A DNA stretch of 63,435 nucleotides, filler included, from Ministeria vibrans ATCC 50519 (taxonomy: Eukaryota > Protista > Filasterea), in the NCBI GenBank assembly GCA_943704425.1. It is 4 parts of 4 records of this genome, joined end to end, with 100 filler letters (N's around TTAATTAATTAA, not from the genome) between each part and the next. Parts side by side here need not be neighbours in the genome. Positions count along the whole stretch, not along the records: positions 32,038 to 59,898 come from CALSCP010001199.1; 3 more parts are not named here. The stretch is one strand, 5' to 3'. The notes beneath the pieces are model-generated. The model was given only the letters and a program-made list of their open reading frames with translations. It made no database searches and was not told the DNA's origin. Within the stretch, counting starts at the first letter, position 1; each line of letters opens with the position of its first letter. Below are positions 35,405 through 50,161 of the stretch, in pieces. The position numbers were made by a program, and so were the translations under genes.

Positions 35405-36326
35405 ATGTTGCGACTCCTCACCAGGCGGCACGTCTTGACCACCCCCGTGCACATGATGGCTCCCGCCGTGCGCGCAATGGCGACCAAAGGCAAGAATGCT
35501 CTCGACCGCGGCCGCTTTCCCGTCCCTCCCGACTTGACCGATCCCGACTATACGTGTACTTGCCACGTGAACTGTCTCTTGGATCGACCTTTTGTGTGCA
35601 TTTTGAATTTTTTTCTTCTGTTTTTTTCTTCATCTCTTGACGTATCTCTCATTTTGTGCCTCCACAGTCTACACGGAAGACCACGACTGGGTTGCATACG
35701 CAGACAAGATTGCCACTGTGGGCATTACCCAGTTCGCTGCGAACGCTCTGGGCGATGTGACGCACGTTGACTTGCCGGAAATTGGGGATGAGTTGGACCA
35801 AGGTACGAACTTGCCAAGGCCTGGCACTGGCTGCGTCCCCAGCGCATCGACCGCACCCCCCTCCCCCTCCCGCGCACGAGCCGCCTGCTGGTCTCTGTTG
35901 CTGCATCGCATAGACTGTGCTTCCCGCGTGCCCCCCTAACCCCCCCCCTGAGCCGTAGCATGGACCGTCCGCTTGACGGCCGTCGGTCTGTGTCTCATAT
36001 ATGTTTGTGCATTGCGTTGTAGGCGATGCGTGTGCCGTCATCGACAGTGTCAAGACGGCGAGCGACCTGATTTCTCCCGTCACGGGTGTGGTGAGGGACA
36101 TCAACGAGGATCTTGTGTCTGACCCGTCGCTGCTGGGCACAGACCCTGAAGGCACTGGTGAGCTCCAGAGTGGTCGATCCGTGCACACAGCCTGTCTTCT
36201 GACTCTTTCGTGTCTCCAACCGTAGGATGGGTGTTCAAAGTGGAGATGAGCAACAAGGCCGAGCTGGAAGCGCTCATGAACGAGAAGGAGTACAAGGAGT
36301 TTTGCAGCAAAGAGGACGCCCATTGA
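35405..36326 (+). CDS. GCSH: Mitochondrial glycine cleavage system H protein, multi-exon
   Basis: Presequence MLRLLTRR; YTEDHDWV, TVGITQFAANALGDVTHVDLP, IDSVKTASDLISPVTG (lipoyl-Lys) and GWVFKV. Confidence 0.93.
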
Positions 36327-36595
36327 TCTCCCATCTCCCGATTCATTCGACCCCCTCCTCTTCTTCTTCTCATATACACAATCGCTAAATCACACATTAC
36401 TCGCTCACTCGGCACTCCGTCTTTAGTTTACCAGGTAGATCATAGACATGAGACTACCTCAGTCGTTGACTTATTACTCTTGTCAGTCACCGCAATGCAA
36501 CAGCACAACTCAAATAGTCAATAGCAACTTCATAATTCTTTAATCTTTTTACTTTTCTTTTGTTTGCTGACGTCGCCCACTCTTTGAATTCTACA

Positions 36596-37885
36596 ATGGA
36601 TGGCGTTGGATCGGGCAGCCGTGTTGCCCTTGCGCTGCTGCTGCTGGGCTCGCTCGTCGCTGCGGTCTCCTCCTCCTCCTCCTCCTCCTGCGGCTACACC
36701 CACAACGGACTCCACGTTGACTTGACGCCTCTCCAAGCCGCAGCCCCGTATGCAATACCTGTCCCCGACACGACTGGCACGTCCACAGGAACTCTCTACT
36801 ATAACTTCGTATGGACCAATAATCGTCTCTCTCTTTTTCTTTTGCTGCAAGCGAAAAGCTAACCGAACGCTTCTTCTTTCGTATGTAGTGCAAGGGGGCA
36901 CAAGGCCCCGGGGGTACATTTGGAATCGACCCCCCGTGTCTTGGTGCAGGGGTACGTCTCATATGCTTCAAACGTCCAGTTTTATTATATTTAATGCCCA
37001 CATTCGTTTTTGTTTCTTCCCTCTGGCAGGCTTGTTTCGTCAGCACCAGCGGCACGCACACCGACGTGGGCTTCCTGGCTACCCAGTCGTTCTTATTGAT
37101 CGACCAGCCCGTCGGAACACTCCACATTGACGAGCTGACGGTACAAGTTCACACACATCGAATGCATGCCGCACTAACCAACTCTGTCTCGCATTGCTCT
37201 GCTCTTGCTTTTCTTATTGCCTCGCCGCAGGCCTTTTACATCAACCCCATCACCGCCTCCCTTACTATTGTGGCCATGGTCTGCAACCCGGCCAAGACGT
37301 CGCCAACCCCCATCATGACAGGGGGCACCCTCACCGTCCCACAGCTGCCCAGCGCCGTCAAGAACATTGACATTGCCAAAATCCCTGGCATTCCTGCTTC
37401 CGCTCTTGCCGCCATTACCTCGGGCGAAACTATTGCGTCTCTCATCAAAAATGTCTACGTACGATTCAAAGAAAAAGAAGAAACCCGAACTTACGTATTT
37501 TTTTTTTGTTATTATACTCTTTCAGTCTATCAGCTTTCAATCCTCGTACATCTGTCCCCTCCGCCCCAGCACAGCACCTCCGGCCGCGGCCACCTCAGCT
37601 CCCGCGGCACCCCTACCACCCTCCGCAGCACCCACAACCAGCAGCAGCAACGCCAACAACAACAACAACAACAACAACAGCAACTCTAACACAGCCGCCA
37701 TTGTCATCCCCATTGTCATTGTTGCCGTCGCGCTTCTCATAGCTGCTGCTTCCTTTGCCATCTACCGCCACCGCCGTGCTCGCTCTCCCGCCCAGGACTT
37801 CTTCCGCACCCTTGACCCGGCCAATGCGCCCGACGTAACCAACCTGCTGGCACACGCCGACGACGACGACATCATGCGAGAGTAA
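36596..37885 (+). CDS. Type I membrane protein with a possible mannose-6-phosphate-receptor-homology-like luminal domain
   Basis: Signal peptide, C....G...DLTPL...YYNF pattern, Pro/Thr/Asn stalk, TM AAIVIPIVIVAVALLIAAASFAIY, and a tail with dileucine and acidic cluster. The domain call is tentative. Confidence 0.55.
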
Positions 37886-37954
37886 ACGACCCCCTCATCA
37901 TCATATTTTATTCATACTCAAGCGAAATAGAGAAATATTTGTATATGTGTGGTG

Positions 37955-41691
<3,737 letters not shown>

Positions 41692-41876
41692 TCTGTTGCC
41701 GACACGTGTAGGCTAATCTGAGAAGATTGCTGGCAGCAATTACACCGAGGAGCAAAGAAAAGCAACTAAGATTCGCCAAAAGTCAAAAGTCAAAATGTAA
41801 AATATCGGCTTTTCCTTTATTTTAGGATCAATCAAATCCTCAAATTGTTTTGGTTTGTTTTGTAAGTCCTCGTCGG

Positions 41877-44553
41877 ATGGAATCGCGCGTTGTCTTTCGC
41901 GTCAGTCCTTCGGAAGATGCGGCGCAGAAACGAATCGAGGTAGGTGAAGGGATGTGCGTCTTGTGGTTGTGCTGGTCGTTTCTTCACGTCTGTTCATGCG
42001 CAGGAACTGATCGAAGAGCTTCAGAGCAGTCCTACAGCCGGGCTGCGGTCTACCGATGCAGATCAGAGACGATCACGCTATGGGCGAAATGTTATGCCGG
42101 TGAGTGGGCGAAGGAGAGCGAGGAGAGAGGAGAGGAGGAAGCAGAATTGAGCGAGTCTGACCGTTGTTGCCTCGCTGCTGCGCCCAGGCAAGTGCCAAGG
42201 AGTCGCTCGTCCTCAAGTTCGTCAAGATGTTCAAGGTAGACGCACACACTGTCCCACGACGCACACGCATGCCCGCCCGCACTGTGTACTGACCCCTTGG
42301 CATTGCGTGGCAGGATCCGCTGATCGCCCTTCTGCTGGCGTCTGCGCTCATCAGCGTGTGTTTCAAACAGTACGACGACGCCGCGAGCATCGCCATTGCC
42401 GTGACCATTGTCGTCACGGTTGCATTCGTCCAAGAATATCGAAGCGAGCAGGCGCTCGAGGCTCTCAATACGCTCGTGCCACATCGGTGCAACTGTTTGC
42501 GCGACGGAGTTGTGTCGGACATTCTCGCATCCGAATTGGTTCCCGGTGACATTGTTGTCTTTGCCTCGGGCGATCGTGTTCCGGCCGATGTGCGTCTTAT
42601 TGAGGTAGATCAGTATACGGAGGGAGGATTTTGTCGAATGCATTCTCTTAGGCAACGGACTTTTCGGTGAACGAATCGAGTCTGACAGGCGAGACCAATC
42701 CAGTCTATAAGCAATGCGACGTCATTACACGGCCATCACAGCAGCGTAATTGAAGAGAGAGAGAGAGAGGAGGAGGAGGAGGAGGGAGGGAGAAACAAAG
42801 TGATAGAGAGAGAGGAGGGAGGGAGAAACAAAGTGATAGAGAGAGAGGAGGGAGAAAGAAACAAGTGATAGAGAGAGGAGGGAAAAAGAAACAAAGTAAT
42901 AGAAAGAGAGAAAGAAAGAAGTGATAGAGAGAAGGAGACTGAAAAAAGTAATAGAAGAGAGAATGAACAAAAAAACTGTCGCGTGTAGAGTCACTTGGCA
43001 TCCCTGAACGGACCAATATTGCGTTTCTGGGGACACTGGCGTGCAATGGACACGCGCGCGCTCTTGTTGTGGCGACGGGTGCTGAATCAGGTCAGTATCA
43101 ACATGAGATAGAGAGAGAAACAGTGATGGATGAATGTCATAACACACTCAATATATGGACACACACACAACAGAGTTTGGCGAAGTGTATCGGATGATTG
43201 ACGAAGTGGAAGATCGGCAGACACCACTGCAGCTCAAGATGGAGGAGCTTGGACGCAAACTAACCATCTTCTCGTTTGGTATGCACTTGCGCACAACGGG
43301 GGAGGTTCACTCATTGCTGTCATGTAGGGGTGATTGGAGTGATTGTGGTGATTGGGATGCTGCAGCGACGACGGTTCATTGAGATGTTTACCATTGGAGT
43401 GGGCCTTGCAGTGGCTGCTATTCCTGAGGGACTCCCTATTGTGGTGACGGTACGCTCGTCGACTGTTTTTATCTTTTTCCTTGATCTCTCTCCATTACTT
43501 TCTTCCCCTTTTCTCTCCACCGCTTTGTTTCATTCTCCCTCCTTCCTCACTCTATCACTTTGTTTCTTTCTCCTTCCTTTCTCTCTGTATCACTTTTGTT
43601 TCCTTCTCCCTCCTCTCTGTCTCCCTCTCCCTCCCTAACACTTTCTTTTTCTTAATTTTCTCCCTCTATCACTTTGTGTCTTTCTCATCTGTTTTTGTTT
43701 TTTCTTCCTTCATCCTCCCTTATTACGTCTTTGTGAATTCCCTCTTCTCTCTCTGCAATTTAGGTCACTTTAGCACTAGGTGTGCTCCGAATGGCCCGTC
43801 GCAATGCCATTGTCAAGCGGCTACCTGGTACATCTCAATATTTCTCTCTTTCTCTTTTGTCTCACCCTCCGCCCTGTCTGTTTTCTCTGTTTGTGTGTAT
43901 GGTAACAGCGGTTGAAGCCCTTGGGGTCGCGTCGGTTGTGTGTTGCGACAAGACGGGCACACTCACGCGCAATGAGATGACGGTGGCGCTGCTGCATGCG
44001 GCGGGGAGCGAGCAGTCGGCCGTTGTGACAGGCAGTGGCTATGACCCCTCCATGGGCGAGGTCCTGGTGGGCGGTGTGCGCGCCGACGTCAATGTTCATC
44101 GCCACCTGACCAATCTCTTGACGGTCGGTAGTCTTTGTAACAACGCAAGGTCCGCTGAATTTCATAGTCGCCTCTCCAACTGACTGGATATTGTGTGTAT
44201 GTGTGTGTGTGTGTGTGTGGTTGTAGACTGGGCGACGGGTCTGTGGTGGGACAGCCGACGGAAGGGGCTATTTTGGTTGCAGCCCGCAAGATGGGTCTCA
44301 ACGACCCGCGCGAGACGCAGTATTTGCGTGAAGTTGAACTGCCTTTTAACCCCGAGCGAAAGGTCCGTTGAGAATCACACCTCAACGCTCACATACAACG
44401 TTCACTAACCCGCACACAATATTTTCTTAGTGGATGGGTGTGGTGTGCAAGCGACGCGACGGACATGGCTCAGCGCGCTGGTACGTCAAAGGCGCCACGT
44501 CTGTTCTACTCTCCATGTGCTCCACATACGAAGACGCTAAGACCGGTGGAAAG
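41877..44553 (+). CDS. ATP2C1: SPCA/PMR1 Ca2+/Mn2+ P-type ATPase, 5' portion (A domain, TM1-4, N domain)
   Basis: [56 protein letters not shown] and YVKGA. Confidence 0.92.
42755..42960. repeat. GAAACAAAGTGATAGAGA minisatellite in a SPCA intron
   Basis: Read directly from the sequence. Confidence 0.85.
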
Positions 44554-44607
44554 GTAAACTTCATTCTCGTTCTTCTCTCAGTCACACACACGCACGAATC
44601 TCTCATT

Positions 44608-44658
<51 letters not shown>

Positions 44659-44834
44659 ACACATAGAGAGAGAAAGAGGAAGAGAAGAAAAGTGATAGAG
44701 AGAAAGAGAAACAAAGTGATAGAGAAACAAATAATAGAGATATAAAGTGATAGAGAGACAACGTGATAGAGAGACAACGTGATGAAACACAGGGAGTGGA
44801 TTCTCTTACTGACTCCCCTTTTCCCTTCCACCAG

Positions 44835-44968
44835 CCGAGTATGTAGTGCTGCAGTTTGGACGAGTGGGCGAGGAGTCTTTCACGATGGACTTTCAGTACC
44901 CGATGAGTGCCATTCAGGCTTTTGGCATTTGCCTCACCAGCTTCGACTCAAAACTCTTCTGTGAGTAG
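44835..44968 (+). CDS. Tubby-domain protein, last exon only
   Basis: After a CAG acceptor, [43 protein letters not shown], the canonical Tubby C-terminus. Not in the ORF track. Confidence 0.88.
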
Positions 44969-45077
44969 TACTAGTACACAAGAAACCGATCGAAGAAGAG
45001 AGAGATGGTGCCAAGAGAGAGAGAGAGGTGGAGATAAAAAAAAATGCTCAGTTTGTGTCGTTGATACTGTGACCACG

Positions 45078-46281
45078 TCACATGTGGCGCGAGTTGCCAA
45101 TGTTCATGCCGGCTTGCGTTGCGCCGCCGGAATACCCTGCCATCTTGGGAACAACCGACTCGTCCGTCTTGATCTGCTTGCCCGCCGTGCTGTTCAGCTG
45201 GCCCTTGCCCTCCGACTTAAGCTTCAGCTGGTTGATGCACAGCACAACCTGTCCAATGTCCTGCTTCTCGTACAGCGACACAGTCTAGAAAATGAAACAA
45301 TCATTTAGTATAATTATGATTGTGATACCTTTTCGTTTTGTGTGTGTACCTGGAAAAGATGCAAGTTCTTGACACCATACTTCTCGGCCGCCGTAAGGAA
45401 CTGCTGGATTTGCTCCATCTACCATAACAAACAAACCGAGTCAGCAACAGTGGGTGGGAGAGAGTGAGAAATAGAGCAAGAGGGTGAAAAACAAAGTGAT
45501 AGAGAGAGAAAAGGAAGAAAGCAACAAAGTGATGAGAAACAGGTGAGCGCCTCTCGATCGGTACCTTTTGGAAGGGCATTGTGGATGCCTTGATCTTCTT
45601 CACCGAATCGGGCGCAAGGGAGTTAATCAGCTTGCAGAGGGCAGTGCCATCCTGAAGAGCAGCGTGCACCGCGTCCTGACCCTCCGCAATGTCAAGACCA
45701 ATCTTTCGAAAAAGTAATATAATAATATTAGAATAACAAAGACATAGACACAATTATGAAAATAATAATAATAAGAATAATAATAATAATAATAATAAAC
45801 CGAAACTCCCAAAACAAAAGACGCTCAAAGACGCCAGACCAGCGTCTGCAAAAACAACCCATCAAACAAAAACAGGGACTACGAGTCGGCGGCATGCAGA
45901 CACAGCGGCAGCATCCGCCCCCGTCGCCCGCACGACGTCATCGTTTCGGGGTTGGCGCCCGACAGCCGTCTCTGTGCCAGCGGCGACTGCGCCACTCCGT
46001 CCAGGCGACGTGTCCAAGCCCATGCTGCACGCACGGCCCACGGCACGCCGCGTGGGCCGTGCGATGTGGGCAAGGCAAAGCGCAGTCCAGAAACACCCAA
46101 AAAAAGAATCCTCCTCAAAAGGCGCATCGCCCGCACGCACACCCGCACACACACACCATGAGGCCCTCACCTGCGCCTTGATGAACGCCCGCGCCGCCGC
46201 CTCGGCCCCTGAGTCGTACTTGGCCGCCTTCTTCTTAGCCAAATCAGCATCAAGGCCCATCTCTGAAGGTCGGTTCGCCAT
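45078..46281 (-). CDS. Transgelin/myophilin-like calponin-homology protein, multi-exon
   Basis: MANRPSEMGL...KYD, LQDGTALCKLINSL, MEQIQQFL, SLYEKQDIGQV and the calponin repeat AGYSGGATQAGMNIGNSRHM. Confidence 0.9.
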
Positions 46282-46472
46282 CGTATGCGTAGGTGTATGT
46301 GGTGCAGAGAGTGTGTTCGAATCAATAAATGAACTGAATCAGTTCATCGCATTTGAGAGACTGATCGAATGATTGTAAGTTTTGAATTATTTTTTTTGAC
46401 AGCTCAGTGAGCTCACATTCAATCAATCCAACTTGTCGTCTCCTTCATACCGTCCGCGCGTGAATCGCCTTC

Positions 46473-47146
46473 ATGATCAAGCGTCGTCAAACGTACGCGT
46501 CGGGCGAAGGCCGAAAGGTACAGAGAAAGAGTCGAAAAAAAAAATAAGATGAAATATTTGATGACGACATTGGTTTGATTCGTTTTCTCGGTATAGAAGG
46601 CCGCTAAATCGTCATCTGGCGTCGTGCCCATTGACGGCGATACGGTCACTCCTAGTGGGGCCGCCGATAGTGGCGGAAAGAGCATCATGGGCCTGCTACG
46701 TCGCATGACAACTCGTCGCGGCCGCAACTCAACTTCATCCCGCTCCTCCACTGCCTCCGCCGCCTCGTCGAGCGCTCTGTCGTCGGGCCCCACCTCGTGG
46801 CTCTTTGGCGAAGAGGACTTCACCCCGCCGGGCATCAACTACACCATCAAAGTTCGTCTTTTCCCCTCAGACGTTTCCCTTTCTCGTCTAACCCACCTTT
46901 GTCTCTCTTGTCCTCTCTCTCTCTCTCCCTCTCTCTCTCTCTTTCTCTGTTCGTCGTCTTTTTTTTCATCCACCAGTACCTTGGCTCGGAGCTCGTCAGC
47001 GATCCTCGCAACGACGAGCTCGTTTTGCATCGTCTCGAAGAGATTCGGTTTGTGTCCTACAAAGGAAAAAACAAACACAAACGACCCGTCAAGGCCTTCT
47101 TCAACGTCTCCCTTTCGGGCGTCACCATCACCAACGCCAAAACAGG
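46473..47146 (+). CDS. PTB-domain adaptor (Numb/Dab/CED-6-like), 5' part, truncated by the gap at 47314
   Basis: GINYTIK|YLGSELVSDPR...VKAFFNVSLSGVTITNAKT PTB pattern; phase-0 exons 46473-46517, 46597-46851, 46977 onward. Confidence 0.7.
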
Positions 47147-47319
47147 CGTACGCAATGCCAATGTGTCTCTGTGTATATGTGTTTGTCTTTCTGCGTGTTT
47201 TCATTCGCTGTGATATTATTCATCACTCTTACCTAAATTTTGACGAAATTTGTGTGTGTGAAACTCTCAGTGTTTCCCTGTGTTTCCATCTTACTCATGC
47301 TGGGATTGTTGTCNNNNNN

Positions 47320-47455
47320 CAAAGTGATAGAGAGAGAGAAACAAAGTGATAGAGAGAGAGAAACAAAGTGATAGAGAGAGAGAAACAAAGTGATAGAGAG
47401 AGAGAAACAAAGTGATAGAGAGAGAGAAAGCGATAGAGAGAGAGAGACAGAGATC
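47320..47455. repeat. GAAACAAAGTGATAGAGAGAGA minisatellite array next to an N-gap
   Basis: About 6 tandem units. Confidence 0.9.
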
Positions 47456-47570
47456 ATGTGTTATATATATAATTATATAATTATAATAATAATTATATGT
47501 GTGTGTCAGAGAGCAGGAGAGTCAGAGCGGGAACCCCAATAGGGCGCGATACTAATTTTGTTTATGTTAG

Positions 47571-48086
47571 GCGATCATTGACCGGCCGCTGCTCGCACGA
47601 GTGCTTGTCTCAGCGTCGCTCATTGTGGCGGGCACCCTCTTTATCTACGTTCGCGAGATGGGCGATGACACGCCCAGCACTGCGCGCGACCGCACCATGG
47701 CTTTTACGACCTTTGTTTTCTTCGACATGTTCAATGCGCTTGCGTGTCGTTCGCAGAGCAAGAGTGTTCTTGAGATTGGCATCTTCTCTAACCGTCCGTT
47801 TGTCGTTGCCGTCGGTATATCCATTCTCATGCAATTCGGTACAGCTCACCACAACTAAAACACCCGTATTGTTACACGACACTAACACCCCTCCCTTCCT
47901 ACCCACCTCCCTTCAGCTGTCATCTACGTCCCTCTCTTTCAGTACATCTTCCAGACAGAACCCCTCTCCCTCGCTGACATCCTCCTTGCGACCGTCGTGG
48001 CCTCGTCCGTCCTGCTCGTCAGCGAAGCCCGCAAGTGGAGTGCCGCCGATTCACGCCACTCCCACTCGCCAATCCGCCACATGTAA
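47571..48086 (+). CDS. ATP2C1: SPCA/PMR1 ATPase, C-terminal exons (TM7-10)
   Basis: [36 protein letters not shown] and [16 protein letters not shown]. Confidence 0.9.
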
Positions 48087-48155
48087 ATTTAGTGTTCCCA
48101 ATCGTATTACAAAGTTAAAATTAATAACAAATTAATTACTCAAAAAAATTATAAT

Positions 48156-48278
48156 AATAGAGAATTGAAGCTGTACTCAGAGTCAAACCAATACATTATA
48201 TACAAAACAAAGAGCAGCACGATACTTCCGCCGTAGACTTCTAGACGAAAATGTTCCGAAAAAAGCCCATTGAACAAT
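48156..48278. mobile_element. Dispersed ~120-bp element, SINE or non-LTR 3'-end-like
   Basis: Aligns over its whole length with 63152-63266 (core CAAAGAGCAGCACRATACTTCCRCCGTAGACTTC). Confidence 0.6.
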
Positions 48279-48366
48279 CAAAATCAAAATCGGTCATTGT
48301 TATCATTAGTATCATTGAGGAAAGGAAATCAGTTCATTTTTGTATTAATTGCTTCAGGTTGGTTGG

Positions 48367-49972
48367 TTAGTCCTTGGTGCGATAAGCCAACTTGCGGTTC
48401 TTGACATAAGACCAGCGGTGGCGCTTAGCATACACAGACACAACCAGCGCAATCGTCAACAGTGTCATTGCTTTGAATCCCATCAGCTTGCTACACATCG
48501 GAGAAAAAGAGAGAGAGAAAGGAGGGAGGGAGGGAAAAAGAAAGTGAAAGAGAGAGTGAGAAGGGAGGGAGAAAGAAAACAAAGTGATAAAGAGAGACGT
48601 AAGAAAGTCGTCTGAGAAGTCCCCCGACCCTTTTTGCCCCTTCTTACCGCTCATCCTGTTCGCGGTTGGACACCCACGAAAGGAACGTAGTGACATCCTT
48701 TGCCATTTGCGACAAGGACGCGGGAGTCCCGTCCTCATATTCGAGGATTTCGTTGTAGAGGGGCGGCTGCATGCCAATCTTGCCGCCGGGGAAGTACGGG
48801 TTGTAGTGTTGGCCTTCACGGATATCCTCGCCTGCAGGTGCATCCACATAGCCCGTGAGCAGTTGGAAGACGTAGTCTTCGTGACCGTGTCGTGCATTGA
48901 TAATCAGCGACAGGTCCGGGGGAAGTGCGCCATTGTTGGCAGCACGCCCAGCCTCCTCGTTGGGGTACGGGTCTTTGAAGTAGTCTGAAAGCTACAACAA
49001 TAAAAAGGAAGAGAACACACACGTCGAGTTACTGACTGCACAAAACTCAAAAGAGTCCGCTGCCCCTCCAATTAGCGCAATAATATACCTTTCCGGGTCG
49101 CTCAAAGTACTCGCCCGTCTCGTCGGGTCCGTCCCGGTACATTTCCTCGGCTGCCATAGCCTTGGCCTCCGCCTCGGTGTGTGTGTTATTGACCAGGTGG
49201 CGGTACGCAACGTATTTCAGAGAGTGGCACGCCGAGCAAACCTCCTTGTACACCTGAAAGCCGCGACGAACGCTAGCAGCAGACACACAGCCCAGGAGAG
49301 AGAGAGATAGATAGATAGATAGATGGATAGAAGAAGAAGAAGAGAAGAAGAGAAGAAGAGAAGACGGATGAGTCGTTGGGCACTCTGTACGTTCATCATT
49401 GCGTCGCGCCGCTCACACACCATCGGCCGACGGCACGAAACCAAAACATAACACAAAACACACCGCACAACCATGTGCGATCGTGGTGGAGCCCCATGAG
49501 GGCACCACAACGGCGTAAACCGACCGTGAAACTCTGATCCTTTTTTTTCGAGTCAAAAGGACCCTTTTACACGGACGTCCAGCCCGACATCAGGGTGCGC
49601 CCCGTTCGCATCGGCGCATGCTATGGCATTTACACCGGAAGACAGGCGGAAGAGAGCGAGAGACGAATCATAACGTCCGAAACGAGAGAGAGCGAGTTTT
49701 TTTTTTTTTCTTTTTCTTTTTTTTTTTTTTGACGACTTCAAAAAAAAAAAGAAAAAAAAGGGGAAGAAGTAGAAAGAAGGAGGAGGGATGAGGAAGGGGT
49801 ACCTGCTCATATCATAGGTGCTAAGGGGGCCTGCGTGGGACCAGGGGTAGCTTGGGAGATGGGCATGGTCGTCGGCATGCACTGCGCCAATGTCGGATGA
49901 TCGCGGCGCAAATGCAACGCCTAGTGCCACGCCTGCAGCACTGCCCGTTGCCAGTGCGAGTCTTCGGAACAT
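48367..49972 (-). CDS. CYC1: Mitochondrial cytochrome c1, multi-exon
   Basis: Bipartite presequence, [24 protein letters not shown] (CxxCH), [12 protein letters not shown] and [10 protein letters not shown]. Confidence 0.96.
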
Positions 49973-50000
49973 TGCGAGGATCAGCACAGAGAGATTACTG

Positions 50001-50056
50001 TTTGACTCTTGACTAATGACTACTTGACTTATGACTTTTGACTTGAGTTGACTACT
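50001..50056 (-). promoter_or_regulatory. Cluster of seven TGACT/AGTCA motifs immediately upstream of CYC1
   Basis: Seven TGACT copies in 56 bp, 30-85 bp from the ATG; the same motif occurs upstream of several other genes. Confidence 0.45.
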
Positions 50057-50161
50057 CATTCTCAATCTCATTATCTCAAAGACATTTAAATCACAAATTT
50101 TCTCCAATGCAAGTCGGCGGCACCCTGTCGTCGATTACAAGTATATCCACTTCGTCGTCAG

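Noticed and set aside
47320-47455. CRISPR-like appearance of repeated GAAACAAAGTGATAGAGA units
   Set aside because: No unique spacers, eukaryotic intron context and no cas genes.
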